The notes beneath the pieces are model-generated. The model ran no database searches. It was not told the DNA's origin and was given only the letters and a program-made list of their open reading frames with translations. DNA of 64,000 nt from positions 1 to 64,000 of IMG/VR virus record IMGVR_UViG_3300035454_000831; one strand, written 5' to 3'. Each line of letters starts with the position of its first letter. Within the stretch, counting starts at the first letter, position 1. A program made the translations under genes and the position numbers. Shown piece after piece: positions 18,043 to 27,997 of the stretch. This stretch comes from a virus. Taxonomy: Duplodnaviria; Caudoviricetes.

Positions 18043-18414
18043 TTAGCTGATTGATTTCTCGATCTCTTCGCGAGTTAGTACTTCTTTCTCTTCGGAGTTC
18101 TCGACTTCTTCTTTCTCTGGGTCAACCAAAGAGACCGAATTCCCCTTATCCTTCACAACCTGCATCGGTTTGATCATCCCATCCTTGTAGCGAAAGACGG
18201 CCTGACCTGCTTCGAGTTCCGCTTCAGTGATTTTGAGAAGTTTTCTGGCGATCTGCTCGTTCACCTTATAATACCCCTCAGAGATTCTTATCAGACCGCG
18301 AGCCGAGACAGCCTTCCCGATAGCCATTTTGCTTATGCCAGCCTTGAGAAGCCTCCCCTCTGAGAAAGTTCCACGAAGGCTGTAGAGTCCGTAAAGTTGT
18401 CCTTGTATGTTCAT
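18043..18414 (-). CDS. Hypothetical protein
   Basis: 123 aa in a tightly coupled minus-strand operon. Confidence 0.7.
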   Translation of the reverse strand: MNIQGQLYGLYSLRGTFSEGRLLKAGISKMAIGKAVSARGLIRISEGYYKVNEQIARKLLKITEAELEAGQAVFRYKDGMIKPMQVVKDKGNSVSLVDPEKEEVENSEEKEVLTREEIEKSIS

Positions 18415-18986
18415 GATAATCCGAGTTGTTTCGCGAGATCGTCACCTTCAGCCTCTCCTCCGGCTGCAGGTGGTTCCTCGGCTTCCTCATCCCCCTCCTC
18501 CGGTTTTGGCTCGTTAGGTTCGTTAGGTGGTTCACCTTGTGCCGAGGGCTCCCTGCCCGGTGAAATAGAATTGTGGAGGGCCAGCATGTTCTCCCTCAGT
18601 TTGTTGATGTACTCAATAATCGGGGAAGTCTGTGAGGACCTATCCTGGAACATGTTTCTGAGTTTATCAGACAGCATCTTCGCGTTCTCCCTGATAACGT
18701 CATTAGATGCCCCATCAGCAATTCTATATTGATTCAGAACCCCCATCACTGCCTCGATGGTAAGCTTCTCCGGACTGTCCGCTGGCAAACTTACAGATTC
18801 ATCCTCCTTGCCTTCGAAAAATGTGATCGCAGCCGTAAGCATTTGGCTGTAACTCTTTAGCTCATCGCTCTCTCTGAGTCTTATCGGTTTGCGCATGTTC
18901 GACCTGGAGCAGGACCTTCCCCTGTCCTCCATGATCCTGAATTTCTTTCGGTACGCGAGGTCTACTGCTCTAGATGATCCAGCCAT
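18411..18986 (-). CDS. Hypothetical protein with acidic tail (head-core-like)
   Basis: 191 aa; LRES site; E/P/G-rich C-terminus. Confidence 0.7.
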   Translation of the reverse strand: MAGSSRAVDLAYRKKFRIMEDRGRSCSRSNMRKPIRLRESDELKSYSQMLTAAITFFEGKEDESVSLPADSPEKLTIEAVMGVLNQYRIADGASNDVIRENAKMLSDKLRNMFQDRSSQTSPIIEYINKLRENMLALHNSISPGREPSAQGEPPNEPNEPKPEEGDEEAEEPPAAGGEAEGDDLAKQLGLS

Positions 18987-18989
18987 ATT

Positions 18990-19508
18990 TTAATCTCCAG
19001 ATGAAGGTGACGAAGTTGAGTAGAAGACTTTCGGGGCCTCATCCGATAGGAAGGTATCCAGGTGTGTACCCTTCTCCCCTTCCCTCTCGAACGACTTCCA
19101 TACTATAAGATCTGCGGCGGAGGACGCTTCCACCCTCATTCGTGAATTCGAGGAACTGGTCATTACGAATGAGAATAGGTTAAGACCCTCCTCTTGCAAC
19201 AGCAGTTGCAGGAACCCCCCAGCTTTCAAAGTTTGGGCCGGAACCACCTCGGAATATGAAGCATCGTTTGCCTGGTTCTCTGCAGCATGGCTCCGTCTTG
19301 CGCCCATCACTTTGAAGGACACATCGGAATCCCCGTAATTCTTCAAGAGAACGGCGATATCGGATTGATTGCTTAGACCAGTGTCCTCATCCGAGGGACT
19401 ACTAGTAATAGCTCTTCTCGGCTGTATGAACACCTTCAGAAAGGACTCATTCGAGACCCTTGGATGCACGATTTCATCGATTCTTACTGGAAATATGGCG
19501 TTGTGCAT
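18990..19508 (-). CDS. Hypothetical protein
   Basis: 172-aa ORF in operon. Confidence 0.7.
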   Translation of the reverse strand: MHNAIFPVRIDEIVHPRVSNESFLKVFIQPRRAITSSPSDEDTGLSNQSDIAVLLKNYGDSDVSFKVMGARRSHAAENQANDASYSEVVPAQTLKAGGFLQLLLQEEGLNLFSFVMTSSSNSRMRVEASSAADLIVWKSFEREGEKGTHLDTFLSDEAPKVFYSTSSPSSGD

Positions 19509-19527
19509 ATGAAAAGTATATCAGTCC

Positions 19528-20136
19528 TCAGCTCCCCTCACCCATGTCCTCCACATGGCTGAACACCAAGCTGGCAAGATAATCTATGTCGCTAGGGTTC
19601 TTACCAACCATATCAAGATACTTCTTGACATAACCCTTGATCATAGGTATCGATGGCGGTACTCCCTTAACCACTGGTATCTTGTCGAAGATCATCTTCG
19701 CAGCTCTTTCATCGGAAACTGGGTTGGACTCGCAAACCCTTGATTCACTATACTCGTCCTTGTTGAAGTACGAATAGGCTTCTCCGTCAGACACTGCCTT
19801 TTGCGCCTCCTCTTTCGAGTCGACATACCCAATCACCTCCCCATCATCGTTCTTGAGCCCGAATCTTGACTCACAAAATGACTTGATACTTCCAAGAAGC
19901 TTCATAGTCTCACGGAGCCCACCTTGCATGCCAATGGCATCAGTATAGGTCCTCTTGACCAATTTCCCAGTGCTGGAGCCAGTTCTGGTAACTGGCAGTG
20001 CCAACTTGTTTTTTGACGTGACATCACCACCCTTCCCATATCCGGACAAGTTACTGTTCGGCTTGAAATGTTGCTTAGTTTTCGCCCCTTTCCCTGCTAG
20101 GGAGTTTTTTGCTGGTTTGGTATCGAGTGGGTTCAT
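19528..20136 (-). CDS. Hypothetical late protein, possibly internal to the head
   Basis: TAGTTAT at 20142-20148; basic N-terminal part and several x-x-E-S sites. Confidence 0.7.
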   Translation of the reverse strand: MNPLDTKPAKNSLAGKGAKTKQHFKPNSNLSGYGKGGDVTSKNKLALPVTRTGSSTGKLVKRTYTDAIGMQGGLRETMKLLGSIKSFCESRFGLKNDDGEVIGYVDSKEEAQKAVSDGEAYSYFNKDEYSESRVCESNPVSDERAAKMIFDKIPVVKGVPPSIPMIKGYVKKYLDMVGKNPSDIDYLASLVFSHVEDMGEGS

Positions 20137-20170
20137 TCTTTATAACTAGGCAAGGACTAAGTGTAGCGAA

Positions 20171-20809
20171 TTAGACTGGTTTCCTAGCTGCAACCAGTCT
20201 ATCCCTGCTCAACTTCTGAGTGTACTCCCGTCCGGATGCAATATGCTCCGTACTAACCCTTAAGTACTGTGGCGATGCGACCTCTATCGACTTCACCACA
20301 TATGAGTCGGGTTGATAGTTCCAGGAAACAATGTACCCGGGCCTTAGTTCCCTAGCTAGTATTGCTGGAGTTTTACCGATACCCTGTAAATGGACGAATC
20401 TCGTGGATTCGTCTAGGTACTTGTTGATGGCTGCTGGGGAATCGTTTATCGGAACGCAACAATCACCCTTCCTAGACCTCCTGACATTCTTCTTCTCGGA
20501 GTCGTAATAGGCCCTGCCACTCTTGAGCAATGAAGCGGCTTGTTTTCTCAAGTTTCCAGGAAGCTCCCTCAGTCTCATTGAGTCTTCCCTAAGACTCGCT
20601 TCCGTCTTCAGGACCCTCGTAAAGTCTGGCCTCGGCAGGATGCCACCATTAGCTAATACCTGGGCGTCGAACTTCTTCTCATGACAGGACAGGCAGATCC
20701 CACCTGGGAATACAGCTAGTTCACTGATTTCGCTCCCACATTTTTTACAATTGACAGTATCGTAATGATAGTCTTCACCTTCCAGCAGTCTTCTACCCAA
20801 TTCATTCAT
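20171..20809 (-). CDS. Multi-module protein with LxE leader and linkers
   Basis: Start MNELGRRLLE after TAATTAT (20814-20820); CxxC..CxxC module, middle module, SH3-like C-terminal module. Confidence 0.7.
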   Translation of the reverse strand: MNELGRRLLEGEDYHYDTVNCKKCGSEISELAVFPGGICLSCHEKKFDAQVLANGGILPRPDFTRVLKTEASLREDSMRLRELPGNLRKQAASLLKSGRAYYDSEKKNVRRSRKGDCCVPINDSPAAINKYLDESTRFVHLQGIGKTPAILARELRPGYIVSWNYQPDSYVVKSIEVASPQYLRVSTEHIASGREYTQKLSRDRLVAARKPV

Positions 20810-20817
20810 CGGGATAA

Positions 20818-21033
20818 TTACAGCTGATCGAGGAATTCTTGGACATCGGCCAATGTCTTCCAAGATTCGGCGACAACATCCGTTACCACTATTCCAAATT
20901 CATCTTCCACTACTCCAACGAAAAGCGATAGGTCTAGGTCATCGTGAATGAATTCAGAAAGCTGAGTGTCTTCTGAAAAGTCTGAAGTGTCGACCCCCCA
21001 CTCCTCGATGGCTTTTTTAAGTTCTAAGATCAT
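20818..21033 (-). CDS. Acyl carrier protein-like, lacking the phosphopantetheine Ser
   Basis: Acidic, 71 aa; VEDEFGI...AE..KT..DV pattern; DDLD replaces DSLD. Confidence 0.8.
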   Translation of the reverse strand: MILELKKAIEEWGVDTSDFSEDTQLSEFIHDDLDLSLFVGVVEDEFGIVVTDVVAESWKTLADVQEFLDQL

Positions 21034-22331
21034 ATTTCTGAGAGGCTTTCTAGAACTACCTTCATGAATTCCTGATCAACGCCTTTTAGGCTTGTGGATT
21101 CAAAGAGAACGGTCTCTGATTCTTGCCAGAAACGAACTGAGTTGGAGTCTATCCAAGACATCCAGCGTCTGGAATCTTTGACTCTGGAAATAAAGGATGG
21201 TGCCGGAATAGGGGGAACCACGACCATTATTGAATCCCGGATTTCCCTGATCTCCAACTTTGACCCCTCCTGGTAGGTGTCCGGGAAGACCTCGTTGATG
21301 GACCTTACAAACTCCCATACTATTTCCGGTAACTTGGCTTTCAACTCTTGATTTATCCTCTCCAGGGAACTATCAAGGAGGCGTCGTATGATCAGTGGAT
21401 TCATCTCCGGATTGATCTCAATATCGAGGGCGTCGGAAACTATCTCGTAGTCTATCACTAGCCACTTCTTGGCGTTGTCCATGATAGCCTCCCGTTTCGG
21501 CTTCAGAACCTCTTGCCCATTTTTTCTGAGCCCCATTGCGCCACCCCCAGAGATGACTTCTAGGACTGTTTCGGCTTGCGCTTCGTCCATTCTAGAGACC
21601 AAACTGAGAAGCTTAGAAACTGAATCCTCTGGCTCTTCGTCTGGGACTTTTAGGACTCCGGCTTTGATGGCTCTCTGAGCCATCTCCTTAAACTTATTCT
21701 TCTCGGTTTGATTCATGATGTGATGAGGTAAACTTGATTCCCAAGGAAGAAACTCCAGTATTTTCTTCCTAACGTCCATGTAGATTTTGTCTTTGTCTTC
21801 TACTGCGGCTTCCAACTCTGCCTTCATTGAGTTGTTCTCGTGCCATAGGAGACACCACAGGCGAGTGGCATTGAACTTGCCCTCCCCGTAGAGACTATCT
21901 GCAACTGGCTTATAGATAGCAGCGTAGTCAACTTTATTCGGCACTATCAGGCCATCGCTCACCAAAACCTCCTGACTGTTTAGTTCAGAATGGTCGAGGT
22001 GAACCATCCCCTGCCTCAAATTGAGACCCCTCTTTTGACTCCTGATGTGCTTACGGTGATGAGCAAAACACGCGTTCCTGCAACTCTGGTATAAGGATGA
22101 TCTGAAGGCTTCGATTTCCTCCTTACCCTTGCTCTTCAAGTAGTAGTCAGGGTGCTTCTCTACCAGATCCAGATACCTCATCAAAACCTCGGCGTTCAGA
22201 TGCCCCTCAATATCCTCATAATCGAAGCCTTGAGTATTGTAGTGTGATGCATTAGTACTGTAGAACCAGCGAGCACACTGCTTCACTACTTCGAGCCCAT
22301 TTTCGAGACAAGCATTATATTCAAGTGGCAT
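21030..22331 (-). CDS. Putative sigma-factor-like transcription protein
   Basis: N-terminal GFDYEDI...FRSSLYQSCRNACFAHHRK resembles sigma70/ECF region 2. Confidence 0.5.
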   Translation of the reverse strand: MPLEYNACLENGLEVVKQCARWFYSTNASHYNTQGFDYEDIEGHLNAEVLMRYLDLVEKHPDYYLKSKGKEEIEAFRSSLYQSCRNACFAHHRKHIRSQKRGLNLRQGMVHLDHSELNSQEVLVSDGLIVPNKVDYAAIYKPVADSLYGEGKFNATRLWCLLWHENNSMKAELEAAVEDKDKIYMDVRKKILEFLPWESSLPHHIMNQTEKNKFKEMAQRAIKAGVLKVPDEEPEDSVSKLLSLVSRMDEAQAETVLEVISGGGAMGLRKNGQEVLKPKREAIMDNAKKWLVIDYEIVSDALDIEINPEMNPLIIRRLLDSSLERINQELKAKLPEIVWEFVRSINEVFPDTYQEGSKLEIREIRDSIMVVVPPIPAPSFISRVKDSRRWMSWIDSNSVRFWQESETVLFESTSLKGVDQEFMKVVLESLSEI

Positions 22332-22340
22332 AGGGTGTAA

Positions 22341-23372
22341 TCAGGGGGCTAGCAGGTGAGATAGTGTTTGTGTTATTTCATCAAATTCGGAGCCTCCAGA
22401 GATGGCCCTCTTAAGGATCTCGTCGCCGTTGGGCATCCTCATTATCTCGTTCGGGTCACCATCAAATAAGCGGACCGCCCGGGCGTTTAGCCCAGTTCTA
22501 CAGAGTATATTTGCCAGTTCTTTCGCCTTGTGATAGGCATCAGGGTCAAATACTACCAGAACCTCCTCCGGTTCGAAGTATTTGATCTTCCCCCACTGAG
22601 AGTTGAGTGGGTGCCTGTCCGGAGATGGGAACGATAATGTAGTACCTTGGAGGCTGACCCCGAAGTACCCATTGTGCAACCTATCGAAATGATCTTGAAG
22701 TGATATTTGATCAAGAGTGCCCTCAACTAGAGCTATGCGACAACCCTTCTCAACCCTATCCACGCCATACAGCCATGAGTTCTTACCCATACCATTACTT
22801 GAGTCAGGATTCTTCTTTTTCGTCTTCGGATTGCTCAATAACTCTGGGTATGCCGCTCTCCCCTGGAAGTACACTCTCTCACCGTCTTCAAGAAATGGGA
22901 ATATAACGTAGCCGTCGTATTTACCACTCTCGCAGAACCCAATTTTATTCTTCAGCATCAACTCCCTACTGATGCCCTTATTACTTAAAGACTCCGTGAA
23001 GTAATTACTCTCACTTCCAATTAACTCAAACTCCTTTGGAAGTGGCGTGACAGACGAATCGAACCTAACCTTCTTGGTCTCGAAAATGGTCTTCAGATTG
23101 GCAAGGTCATCAATGACGTCAGTGAATGAAACTGTCAAGTGGACTCCAAAGTTTTCTAACCAGGATGACGCATTACCATGTCCCCACCCACATTTGACGC
23201 AATGAGCTTTATTAATCCGAACGTTGATTCCAAGGTGACCGCTCTCGTCGGGTGAAAGTCCTCTCTTGTGACAGTATGGACATCTGACGTTTATCTGATC
23301 GCCGCCACCTGATAACCACGTAAGTCCGAATCTGCGTTCTAAAGATTCGAGTAGGACTGGTGTGAGAAACAT
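22341..23372 (-). CDS. DNA primase (DnaG-like)
   Basis: CPYC..H..CVKC zinc domain, VIFPF..YFQGR, TOPRIM VEG..D, FDPD, DPNE. Confidence 0.92.
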   Translation of the reverse strand: MFLTPVLLESLERRFGLTWLSGGGDQINVRCPYCHKRGLSPDESGHLGINVRINKAHCVKCGWGHGNASSWLENFGVHLTVSFTDVIDDLANLKTIFETKKVRFDSSVTPLPKEFELIGSESNYFTESLSNKGISRELMLKNKIGFCESGKYDGYVIFPFLEDGERVYFQGRAAYPELLSNPKTKKKNPDSSNGMGKNSWLYGVDRVEKGCRIALVEGTLDQISLQDHFDRLHNGYFGVSLQGTTLSFPSPDRHPLNSQWGKIKYFEPEEVLVVFDPDAYHKAKELANILCRTGLNARAVRLFDGDPNEIMRMPNGDEILKRAISGGSEFDEITQTLSHLLAP

Positions 23373-23379
23373 CTTGGTT

Positions 23380-23408
23380 ATTCTAACTCAGATTTTTACA
23401 TCTGTCAA
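23380..23408 (-). promoter_or_regulatory. sigma70-type promoter of the primase-sigma-ACP operon
   Basis: TTGACA-N17-TAGAAT; 7 nt gap to ATG 23372. Confidence 0.8.
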
Positions 23409-23457
23409 GCGCGAGCTTTTCAGCCGTGTTAGAAATCGACATTTTTAAATATTCTAA

Positions 23458-24648
23458 ATGACGAAGAATCCGGGAATAAAATTCGACACAACTTACAAGG
23501 GAAAGGTGGTGCAGAGGATTGACCCGCTTCGCCTCGGTAGAATAAGAGTTAGAATACTTGGAGTACACTCTGAGGGTATAAAAGATGAAGACTTACCATG
23601 GGCATGGCCTACACTTCCGTGCAGTGATCAATGTGGTATCTGGTTCGTTCCACCCCTGGACTCTTGGGTGAGGGTCAAATTTGAGAATCACGATTGTGAA
23701 TACCCGATTTGGGAAGGAGGTTGGTGGTCCACTGAATCGCCAGAATTCGGAAAGGATGAGACTGCCAATGGGTCTAAGCAGTCAAGGCATTACCGATTCC
23801 CAACATCTTGGTTTGGTAGTCAGGAACGATACCCAGATAACTCCATCCTGAGAACTGACAAGGTTAGAGGTGTGGACCCTAGGGATGCGCCCAATAACTT
23901 CGGGTTCATTAGCCCGGAACAGAAAAGGGTAGAACTTGACGATAGGAAAGGTAGGCATAAGATTGCGATTGCCGACTTCTGGGGCAACATCTTCTTCGTA
24001 AACTCTGAAAACGCAGTTATGACGATGGAAGCAGGCACTGGGGTCAGATCCCTTGACTCTTCCGGGGCTCGGGTTGACAAACCAAGAGGTATTGTCATAA
24101 GCTCAGACTCAATAAACGAGATTGAACAAGTACAAGTCTACACATTTGACGGATGGAGGACCACCTGGGATGACGTCAAGAAAATCTGGGAGACTTCCTC
24201 CCCTGATGGTTATATCGTTAGGATAAATTCAGAACTCGGTCGCGTGGAGACCTGGACCAAAGATGGTCACAGGGTGATAATGGATGATAGTGGGGAGAGG
24301 CTAGAGGTATCAACCGTCGCCGGAAGACGAGTAGTTCTGGATGATAAGGCCAAGACCTGCGTTTTGATGGGTAAAGAGACAGACTATCATGTCATGATCG
24401 ACGAGCAGAGGCGATTCGTGGAGCTTTATAGCGGAGGCGATATCCATCTGAAAGCCCTTGGAAAGCTTAACATTTCGACAGTCGGAGGAATAAACCTGGA
24501 TGGGGCCACCGTGCATCTTAACTCGGGGCTCTCAGATCTTACCAACCTACTTCAATCACCACCGCCATCATATGTCAAACCGGAAAGACTCGGACCAACT
24601 CCTAAAGCCTGGGAATACGAATACTACGAAGACACAGAAGAAGTCTAG
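23458..24648 (+). CDS. Baseplate hub/spike protein, gp5/VgrG-like
   Basis: OB-fold DPLRLGRIRVR, LPWA, VRVKFEN..YPIW; C-terminal beta repeats. Confidence 0.88.
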   Translation: MTKNPGIKFDTTYKGKVVQRIDPLRLGRIRVRILGVHSEGIKDEDLPWAWPTLPCSDQCGIWFVPPLDSWVRVKFENHDCEYPIWEGGWWSTESPEFGKDETANGSKQSRHYRFPTSWFGSQERYPDNSILRTDKVRGVDPRDAPNNFGFISPEQKRVELDDRKGRHKIAIADFWGNIFFVNSENAVMTMEAGTGVRSLDSSGARVDKPRGIVISSDSINEIEQVQVYTFDGWRTTWDDVKKIWETSSPDGYIVRINSELGRVETWTKDGHRVIMDDSGERLEVSTVAGRRVVLDDKAKTCVLMGKETDYHVMIDEQRRFVELYSGGDIHLKALGKLNISTVGGINLDGATVHLNSGLSDLTNLLQSPPPSYVKPERLGPTPKAWEYEYYEDTEEV

Positions 24649-24679
24649 TATAAAAGACTCAGAGTTCAGGCGAGTTTAC

Positions 24680-24967
24680 ATGTCCAAGTTGATAAAGGAG
24701 TTGATGATTATAAACAACCTCCGGAGAGACGAGGCAAAGCTGGTGGCGGCCTCCATGATTTCCTATCTTGAATATCAGATAAAACATGGTAAGGAGGTCA
24801 ACCTTGGCTTTCTAAAAATGGTTCCAAAAGCTTCGAAGCCAACTACTATAAAATGTAACGTGGGCGGCAAAAAATCAGTCATTCACATGGGTGAAACAAC
24901 CCGCTGGCACACGAGGATTGCAAAATCCTGGCAGAGAAAAAACAAACCGTTTTGGAGTAGATACTAA
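24680..24967 (+). CDS. HU/IHF-like DNA-binding protein
   Basis: Small and basic; two helices then GKEVNLGF and an arm region. Confidence 0.55.
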   Translation: MSKLIKELMIINNLRRDEAKLVAASMISYLEYQIKHGKEVNLGFLKMVPKASKPTTIKCNVGGKKSVIHMGETTRWHTRIAKSWQRKNKPFWSRY

Positions 24968-24969
24968 TT

Positions 24970-25410
24970 ATGATCGTGGACGCCAGCAAATTAAAGAAGG
25001 GGGACATTCTTAATCACAAAGGTGGCAGGTATTCTATATGCATTGTCGATGTGATAACTGATTCTCGTAACAGAAGGTGGTTCGGGTACTTCATGGTCGA
25101 GAATTGCGATAGAACTTACGAGGAATTCAAAAATGCATTGGTTGATCAAGACCCAGGTCCTGACGGCCTCTCTATCCTCAAGGGTAGTTTCTATGAGTCA
25201 ACCCATACTCACTTTCTATCGGAGGATAGGTTCCTCCCTAAATTCACCTTTGACGAAGTCGAGAAAACTCCATTGACAGCCGTCGAAATCAAGCAGGGGA
25301 AAATAGAAGAGATCATACTTGACCCTGATCCAGTGATTCCGGATGAGATAAGAATGGATCCCGATTCAGCCCACCTCCAAGAGATGCTGCCAATAATCAG
25401 AAGAAACTAG
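24970..25410 (+). CDS. Hypothetical protein
   Basis: 146-aa ORF in operon. Confidence 0.7.
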   Translation: MIVDASKLKKGDILNHKGGRYSICIVDVITDSRNRRWFGYFMVENCDRTYEEFKNALVDQDPGPDGLSILKGSFYESTHTHFLSEDRFLPKFTFDEVEKTPLTAVEIKQGKIEEIILDPDPVIPDEIRMDPDSAHLQEMLPIIRRN

Positions 25411-25411
25411 T

Positions 25412-27157
25412 ATGGAACGAACAAGCCTTGTAACAAAATACGAGTTGGACCTCGAAGTGTCTACTCGAATTCAGAGAGACTCATGGATAGCAAGTTTCAT
25501 GGGGAAGCAGTGGATGGTTCCAGACGACTCCATGCCGGATTACTCTAGCAACATCGATATTGAGGATGGTACTTCCTTATCAGAGGCTGTCGGTGTATTG
25601 GATTCCTCCAAGAACCGTAGAATCGTGATCCAGAACTCACTTGGAGGAGTCATCATAACGAACCCAAGCGTGATAAGATTTTCTGGCTTGGGATTGTCAC
25701 CAATACTTGACGGCAATGGTATCTTGATTACTATTGCTGGAGATGTCATTTATAAGCCAGGTACGGAAACTAGGCTAGGTTCCACCGTTCAGGACCAGAG
25801 GTCGCTTGAGTTCCAACACAGCCAGGGGGTAAGAGCCGGATTGGTGACGAAGTTCTTCAGCGGCGGCAGATTCGCCTACGGCATGTCAGTAAGTTACCGT
25901 CAGATTGGATCTATCCGGGCCGTTTTCACACTAATTGACAGAATCATTCTTCACGGCTGCCAGGGACGCATCTCCACTCCAGGAGCGGAGACCACCGAAA
26001 TGCGCCTTGGAACAGTGGTCAAGGATGCCGGGAAGCTCTTTGCAGCAGCTGTTACTCATACCACTAGCACAGGTAATAAACCCAGCAATACTCCTAGACC
26101 GACTGAATGGCGTGGGGCAAATAGCACGAACTCTGGGGACTGTCTGAGAGCTTGGACAAGAGGTGCTCTTTATAACCGTGGACTCCTGGTCCTATTTGGG
26201 AACACTCTGTACGGAGTCCTTAGGGATAACGTAACAGCCGATGCCACACCACCCGATTCCCCGAATCACTACTTCCCGTTAAACTTCCCGAATTTCGGCA
26301 CTGGGACTTACCAACCCGGTAACATCGTGACAGATGTTAGCCTCAGGGGTCAGATGAGGTCCATGAAGTTTGTAAGGTCCGCACCCTGGACCAATAACGG
26401 TGCATGGACTTACGCCCCAGAGGTAAGTGGCACCTCTCGGTACTTCCTCGACATCTCTGAGAACCTTACTTGGTCGAGCCTGTCAACTGGGCACACCTTC
26501 TACCGTGGGGACATAGTGAAGCCAGATCCGTCATCCCAAAATCTTTATATAAACCTTTCCGCGACTAACCAGAAAGGAAAGAATGGGTCTAATCCAGTCA
26601 CGTCAACCCTAACTCCCCTCGGTGCGAGAAACTTCGTGTCACCAGTGTCCATTTCGACTCTCAATAGGTTGGCAGTTTCCAATGATGGTGCCAACCTATC
26701 CGTCGGCGAGGAGATTCAGTTCTACGAGAAGGTAGGGACTGGTATGGTGACAGAAGGAACCACATACTATGTTAGATCCGTAAACGGAAATTTCATCACT
26801 ATATCAGAAACTCCAGGCGGTAATATTATTCCAGTGAGTAATCCCGGAACGTTCTCCGGATTCAGCGCTAAGGTTACCACACTTTACCCCTGGTGGTATC
26901 AGCTCACTGGTCTGGTCCCGTGGACATCTCGTTTACAAGCCATAGACCCTGGAGTGTTCTATTGCTGGGGTGGAGGTAAGATCATAACTCCAAGAAGAAC
27001 CGGATTCACTGGAGTCAGAACCAACCCAAGTCTTGATGATAGCCTTTGGTGGTTCATAAACGACAACTATCGCCTCAATGTTGGGAGCCAAAAAACAAAT
27101 GCTTCAGGTTCCCTTGAGTGGCCGAATGTTGGATCGAATATAATAGTAACTGGCTAA
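25412..27157 (+). CDS. Tail/baseplate-associated protein with carbohydrate-binding-like repeats
   Basis: W....Y..G.V-type motifs; G/T/W-rich; lies between gp5-like and PAAR genes. Confidence 0.6.
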   Translation: MERTSLVTKYELDLEVSTRIQRDSWIASFMGKQWMVPDDSMPDYSSNIDIEDGTSLSEAVGVLDSSKNRRIVIQNSLGGVIITNPSVIRFSGLGLSPILDGNGILITIAGDVIYKPGTETRLGSTVQDQRSLEFQHSQGVRAGLVTKFFSGGRFAYGMSVSYRQIGSIRAVFTLIDRIILHGCQGRISTPGAETTEMRLGTVVKDAGKLFAAAVTHTTSTGNKPSNTPRPTEWRGANSTNSGDCLRAWTRGALYNRGLLVLFGNTLYGVLRDNVTADATPPDSPNHYFPLNFPNFGTGTYQPGNIVTDVSLRGQMRSMKFVRSAPWTNNGAWTYAPEVSGTSRYFLDISENLTWSSLSTGHTFYRGDIVKPDPSSQNLYINLSATNQKGKNGSNPVTSTLTPLGARNFVSPVSISTLNRLAVSNDGANLSVGEEIQFYEKVGTGMVTEGTTYYVRSVNGNFITISETPGGNIIPVSNPGTFSGFSAKVTTLYPWWYQLTGLVPWTSRLQAIDPGVFYCWGGGKIITPRRTGFTGVRTNPSLDDSLWWFINDNYRLNVGSQKTNASGSLEWPNVGSNIIVTG

Positions 27158-27435
27158 TGGCAGCGCGGGAAAAGGTAGACACCACTGCGTACATTGGGGG
27201 AGACCCTCCAGTACTGATAAGGAGCTTGATCGTGAGAACTCCGGTGAAAACTGTATTCATCAACAACAACCTAGTCGCTGTCAAGGGTAGCGTGTCTGCC
27301 GACAGAACCTCGATAACACAGGGAAGCAGAGACGTCTTTGCGGAGGGTATACCAGTGGCTAGGTTACTAGATAAAACCAGTATAAACGGGTTCGTCGAGA
27401 CATCTTCCAAAGACGTGTTGGTTAACGGACGTTAG
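27157..27435 (+). CDS. PAAR/gp5.4-like spike tip
   Basis: MAAR, VFINNNLVA, GSRDVFAEGIPVAR; TAATG coupling. Confidence 0.82.
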   Translation: MAAREKVDTTAYIGGDPPVLIRSLIVRTPVKTVFINNNLVAVKGSVSADRTSITQGSRDVFAEGIPVARLLDKTSINGFVETSSKDVLVNGR

Positions 27436-27979
27436 GAGGAATTAAGACGTAAGTGGTCGGCACTGTATCATCAGATTCTGATATTTTCAAGCCGGGAATC
27501 AACTCAAGACTCTTTTTCCTGATCCACTTGAACTTTGATACTGAGATCGTCACCTCAACCTTGTGACCGGAGAGAAGGGTTTCGAACACTTTCTTGTACT
27601 TCGGCAGGAGCGGGTGTTCGTTTATTCTCCGCACGAGCATTTGCCAAGCTCTCTTTTGGAGAATTGCTCTACCACCGAATAACTTCTCCGGTTTCTTTGG
27701 GTAGAATACCTGATGGATGTATTGTCTGGAGAGTCCCAACTCGTTGGCAATAGACTGCATGACTCCTCCACTCTTACCAACTGGTGGTATAAACCTCAAA
27801 TCTTGCCTCTTTGAGTACATCTCCCGCTTCTCTTCCGGGGAATAAGCCAATTGACGCCTTTGTTCCGGTGTCATCTCTCTCCAATCGTCATCTATCGCCT
27901 CGACTCGTGATAGTTCGATGGTGAGTCTCTCTGACTCTGATAGTGTCTTTGGTCTCCTGAAAAACTTCATTAATCTCAT
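27422..27979 (-). CDS. Putative HTH DNA-binding protein
   Basis: MQSIANELGLSRQYIHQVF. Confidence 0.6.
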   Translation of the reverse strand: MRLMKFFRRPKTLSESERLTIELSRVEAIDDDWREMTPEQRRQLAYSPEEKREMYSKRQDLRFIPPVGKSGGVMQSIANELGLSRQYIHQVFYPKKPEKLFGGRAILQKRAWQMLVRRINEHPLLPKYKKVFETLLSGHKVEVTISVSKFKWIRKKSLELIPGLKISESDDTVPTTYVLIPPNVR

Positions 27980-27997
27980 CTCGTCAATAGAATGCAA

